Below, piece by piece: positions 17,479 to 21,290 of a stretch of DNA of 21,290 nucleotides. The DNA is taken from NCBI GenBank assembly GCA_013360215.1, contig JABWCP010000004.1, positions 248,001-269,290 on the forward strand, written 5' to 3'. How positions within the stretch are numbered: position 1 is the first letter of the stretch; every line of letters starts with the position of its first letter. Below the pieces are notes generated by a model that worked only from the letters and a program-made list of their open reading frames with translations, had not been told where the DNA came from and did not search any database. The translations under genes and the position numbers were made by a program. This DNA comes from a bacterium (lineage in GTDB: Bacteria; CLD3; SB21).

Positions 17479-18864
17479 CGCTTTTGTGTTAATGTGAATT
17501 TTGATTGCTTCTTCAATAAACGCTCGTCCAAAAGACTCTACTTTTTTGTGTTCAAGATTGTTGAAGTTATAGCGACAAACAAAACTTTCGTTATCTGAGG
17601 AATACATAATTTCTCTCAATGTTGGAATGGATGAATTATTTATTTGGTCAAGTTTCTCATAGAAAAACGGACTTTCTTCTCGTGAAATGAAAACACTTAC
17701 TCCATTTGAGATTTGATTTCGCATTGGTACGCTCGGTAGCCCAAAAAAGAACATATACCTAGAGTGACTCTGACCTGATACAAAATCTAGTCTGAAAAAC
17801 CAGCTACGTTTAATTATTACACCTTGTAGGGCGTTCATGTATTTTTCAAAATCAATCACATCAAACCCAATGAATTGAACATTAACAATGCCCGATAATT
17901 CATTTATTGTGTCAACGGTTTGCTTAAAGTAATTTCGCAAGAGTTCCATTGCGCTTTGCCAAACATCATACCGAACCCTAATTTTATTCTCTTGTTGGGT
18001 TTTTAATTGCATCATCAAAGAGCGTGCCCACTCCAGTTTGTTTCGTTGTTCACTAACTGCTCTTTCATATTCATCTATACTCTCTTCAAGAGTGTCACAG
18101 ATTAGTGAAATAAAAGGCGTTAAGTCGGTGCTATGACTTGTCTCTAATGCGTCATAATATCTCGCCCTATCATCACGAGTTACAATTGAAATAGGGTATC
18201 CATGTCTCATCAAAACAAGATTCATTAAGATGCGTGCGGTTCGCCCATTACCATCTACAAAAGGATGAATGTAGACAAACCAAGTATGAGCAGCGCAGGC
18301 TAAAACTACAGGACTTGACGTTAATAAATATTCTGATGCTGTAACTTGCTCCAACCAATTGCAGAATTTTTCCATTTCGTCAGGAACTTTAATATAAGTA
18401 GGCGGTTTGTATCGTGAGCCTGAAATTTCAACTTCCGAAAGTCGGTATTTTCCGCAATTCACATTGTCAATTCCATTTAAGATGGCAGCGTGAATTTGAC
18501 GTACATCATGTGCGGTTATCGGTCTTTCTGTTTTAGACGCCAATTCTTCAAAAAAATCCATCGCATGGGCTAAATTTTTGGCTTCGAGAGAGTCTTTTAA
18601 AGGTTTACCTGTAATTGTTAGGCCCTGCTCTACCACCATTCGTGTTTCTCCATAATCCAAACGATTACCTTCGATGGCGTTTGAATGGTGAATGTTTTTA
18701 ATGCGAAAATATTTTTGAATTTGCTTTAAAACTTCAGGAGTCAACTTTCCCTGACTTCTTAATAGTTTTACACGTTGATCGATTTTTTCTACTAAAGGCA
18801 AGATGCCTTTGTCATATACATATGAAGTTCCATTAATTAGAATGTCGGGTATATATTCTGTCAT
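17473..18864 (-). CDS. Fic family AMPylase-like protein with N-terminal inhibitory motif and an unrecognised C-terminal domain
   Basis: Catalytic motif HPFVDGNGRTAR; SNAIEGN matches the (S/T)xxxE(G/N) inhibitory motif; visibly AT-richer than its neighbours. Confidence 0.92.
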   Translation of the reverse strand: MTEYIPDILINGTSYVYDKGILPLVEKIDQRVKLLRSQGKLTPEVLKQIQKYFRIKNIHHSNAIEGNRLDYGETRMVVEQGLTITGKPLKDSLEAKNLAHAMDFFEELASKTERPITAHDVRQIHAAILNGIDNVNCGKYRLSEVEISGSRYKPPTYIKVPDEMEKFCNWLEQVTASEYLLTSSPVVLACAAHTWFVYIHPFVDGNGRTARILMNLVLMRHGYPISIVTRDDRARYYDALETSHSTDLTPFISLICDTLEESIDEYERAVSEQRNKLEWARSLMMQLKTQQENKIRVRYDVWQSAMELLRNYFKQTVDTINELSGIVNVQFIGFDVIDFEKYMNALQGVIIKRSWFFRLDFVSGQSHSRYMFFFGLPSVPMRNQISNGVSVFISREESPFFYEKLDQINNSSIPTLREIMYSSDNESFVCRYNFNNLEHKKVESFGRAFIEEAIKIHINTKAG

Positions 18865-19271
18865 GTGAAAACCTTTTCTTCAGGTTATTTTATTGTTTTT
18901 CTAATTCCACTTCGTTTGGAGGATGGCAAACTACTTTCAATTATTAGTTAATATATACCTATTTCTTCCTATAAAGCAAAACTGTTATCTAAGGATTTTT
19001 GTAACATTCTCTACCCGCCAAACATCTGATACTTGCACAAACATAAAAGAACCATCCTTCCTATCGGACGAAAAAAACTTAACCGAGTTTCCGGCTTTCA
19101 TCGCGAAAGAAAAACGTAACAACTTTTATAGAAAAAAGCGATGCAGGGCATTCTTTATTTCAATTATGAAACTTTTCAGCGACGACGAAAGCTTGTGGGC
19201 CTTGTGCGTTCGCCGAAACCAAGGCGTTCAATGGTTTTTATCTAATTTAAGGCAGGATGATATTTTATATA

Positions 19272-19297
19272 CGGCGCTTCATCAAAATGAAACGCCG
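19272..19297 (-). terminator. Stem-loop downstream of guaB
   Basis: Minus strand CGGCGTTTCAT-TTTG-ATGAAGCGCCG (11 bp, one G-U), followed by AT-rich sequence but no clean U-tract. Confidence 0.45.
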
Positions 19298-19369
19298 GAA
19301 GAGAAATTCTGATTATTCGTAGATCGGCTAAACGATGATTACCCCCACACCGATTGGCGTGATGGTATT

Positions 19370-20962
<1,593 letters not shown>

Positions 20963-21044
20963 TTATGTACACTATGTGCTTTTGCAAGCCTCATTCAGAA
21001 CAGTATCCTTTTTTGTCGGAGCAGAGCCACGGATACGGAATACG

Positions 21045-21290
21045 TTCTCGCCAAGCCGCTAAGAAATTGAATAGTTTTTTCCTTTGCGTCTTTACGAGGT
21101 GATTTACTCACGAGTATTAAGAATCAGAATGATCAATGACGAACTCATTCTCACCAAGCCGCTAAGAAATTGAATAGTTTTTTCCTTCGCATCTCTGCGA
21201 GGTGATTTACTCACGAGCATCAAGAATCAGAGTGATCAATGACGAACTATTCTCGCCGAGCCGCTAAGAAATTGAATAGTTTTTTCTATT
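21045..21290. repeat. Non-coding tandem repeat, unit about 102-103 nt, about 2.4 copies visible, each full unit containing an imperfect 17-bp hairpin (REP-like)
   Basis: Units start at 21045, 21148 and 21250 (TTCTCRCCRAGCCGCTAAGAAATTGAATAGTTTTTTC...). Units 1 and 2 differ by 8 transitions and a 1-nt indel. Confidence 0.92.

Noticed and set aside
19017..19230. Possible second attC upstream of fic (minus strand GGCGAAC ... GTTTGGC)
   Set aside because: The ends do not fit RYYYAAC/GTTRRRY, are not complementary to each other, and the span is long with weak internal pairing.
18923..19312. 129-aa plus-strand ORF between fic and guaB
   Set aside because: No recognisable motifs, composition typical of translated AT-rich intergenic DNA, and it runs across the hairpin downstream of guaB. 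A GGAGG directly abuts the ATG with no spacing. Not fully excluded.
21045..21290. CRISPR array interpretation of the terminal repeat (a ~37-nt conserved block recurs three times)
   Set aside because: The intervening ~65-nt segments are near-identical to each other rather than unique spacers, and no cas genes are in the window.

Overview
Bacterial chromosomal window of mostly housekeeping, signalling and efflux genes from a diderm (TolC and an Omp85 barrel are present). Several canonical TTGACA/TATAAT-like promoters are visible. Most genes are on the minus strand. Left to right: N-terminus of a probable RNase Y; a beta-propeller/Y_Y_Y sensor histidine kinase; accC; a receiver-GGDEF protein; a DUF2461 protein; a short Rho (+) with a small membrane protein; a POTRA-less Omp85 barrel; a compact two-gene unit (Cys-rich micro-protein plus 2-TM micro-protein); a TetR-TolC-MFP-RND efflux operon; a divergent VOC gene; an AT-rich Fic gene ending in an attC-like remnant; and guaB. 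The window ends in a non-coding ~102-103 nt tandem repeat (about 2.4 copies visible) whose substitutions preserve a hairpin on the minus strand. No CRISPR array, rRNA, tRNA or transposase was recognised. The items most worth follow-up are the terminal repeat array, the Fic gene with its attC-like tail, the micro-protein unit and the N-terminally truncated Rho. All calls come from reading motifs by eye; no database search was run.
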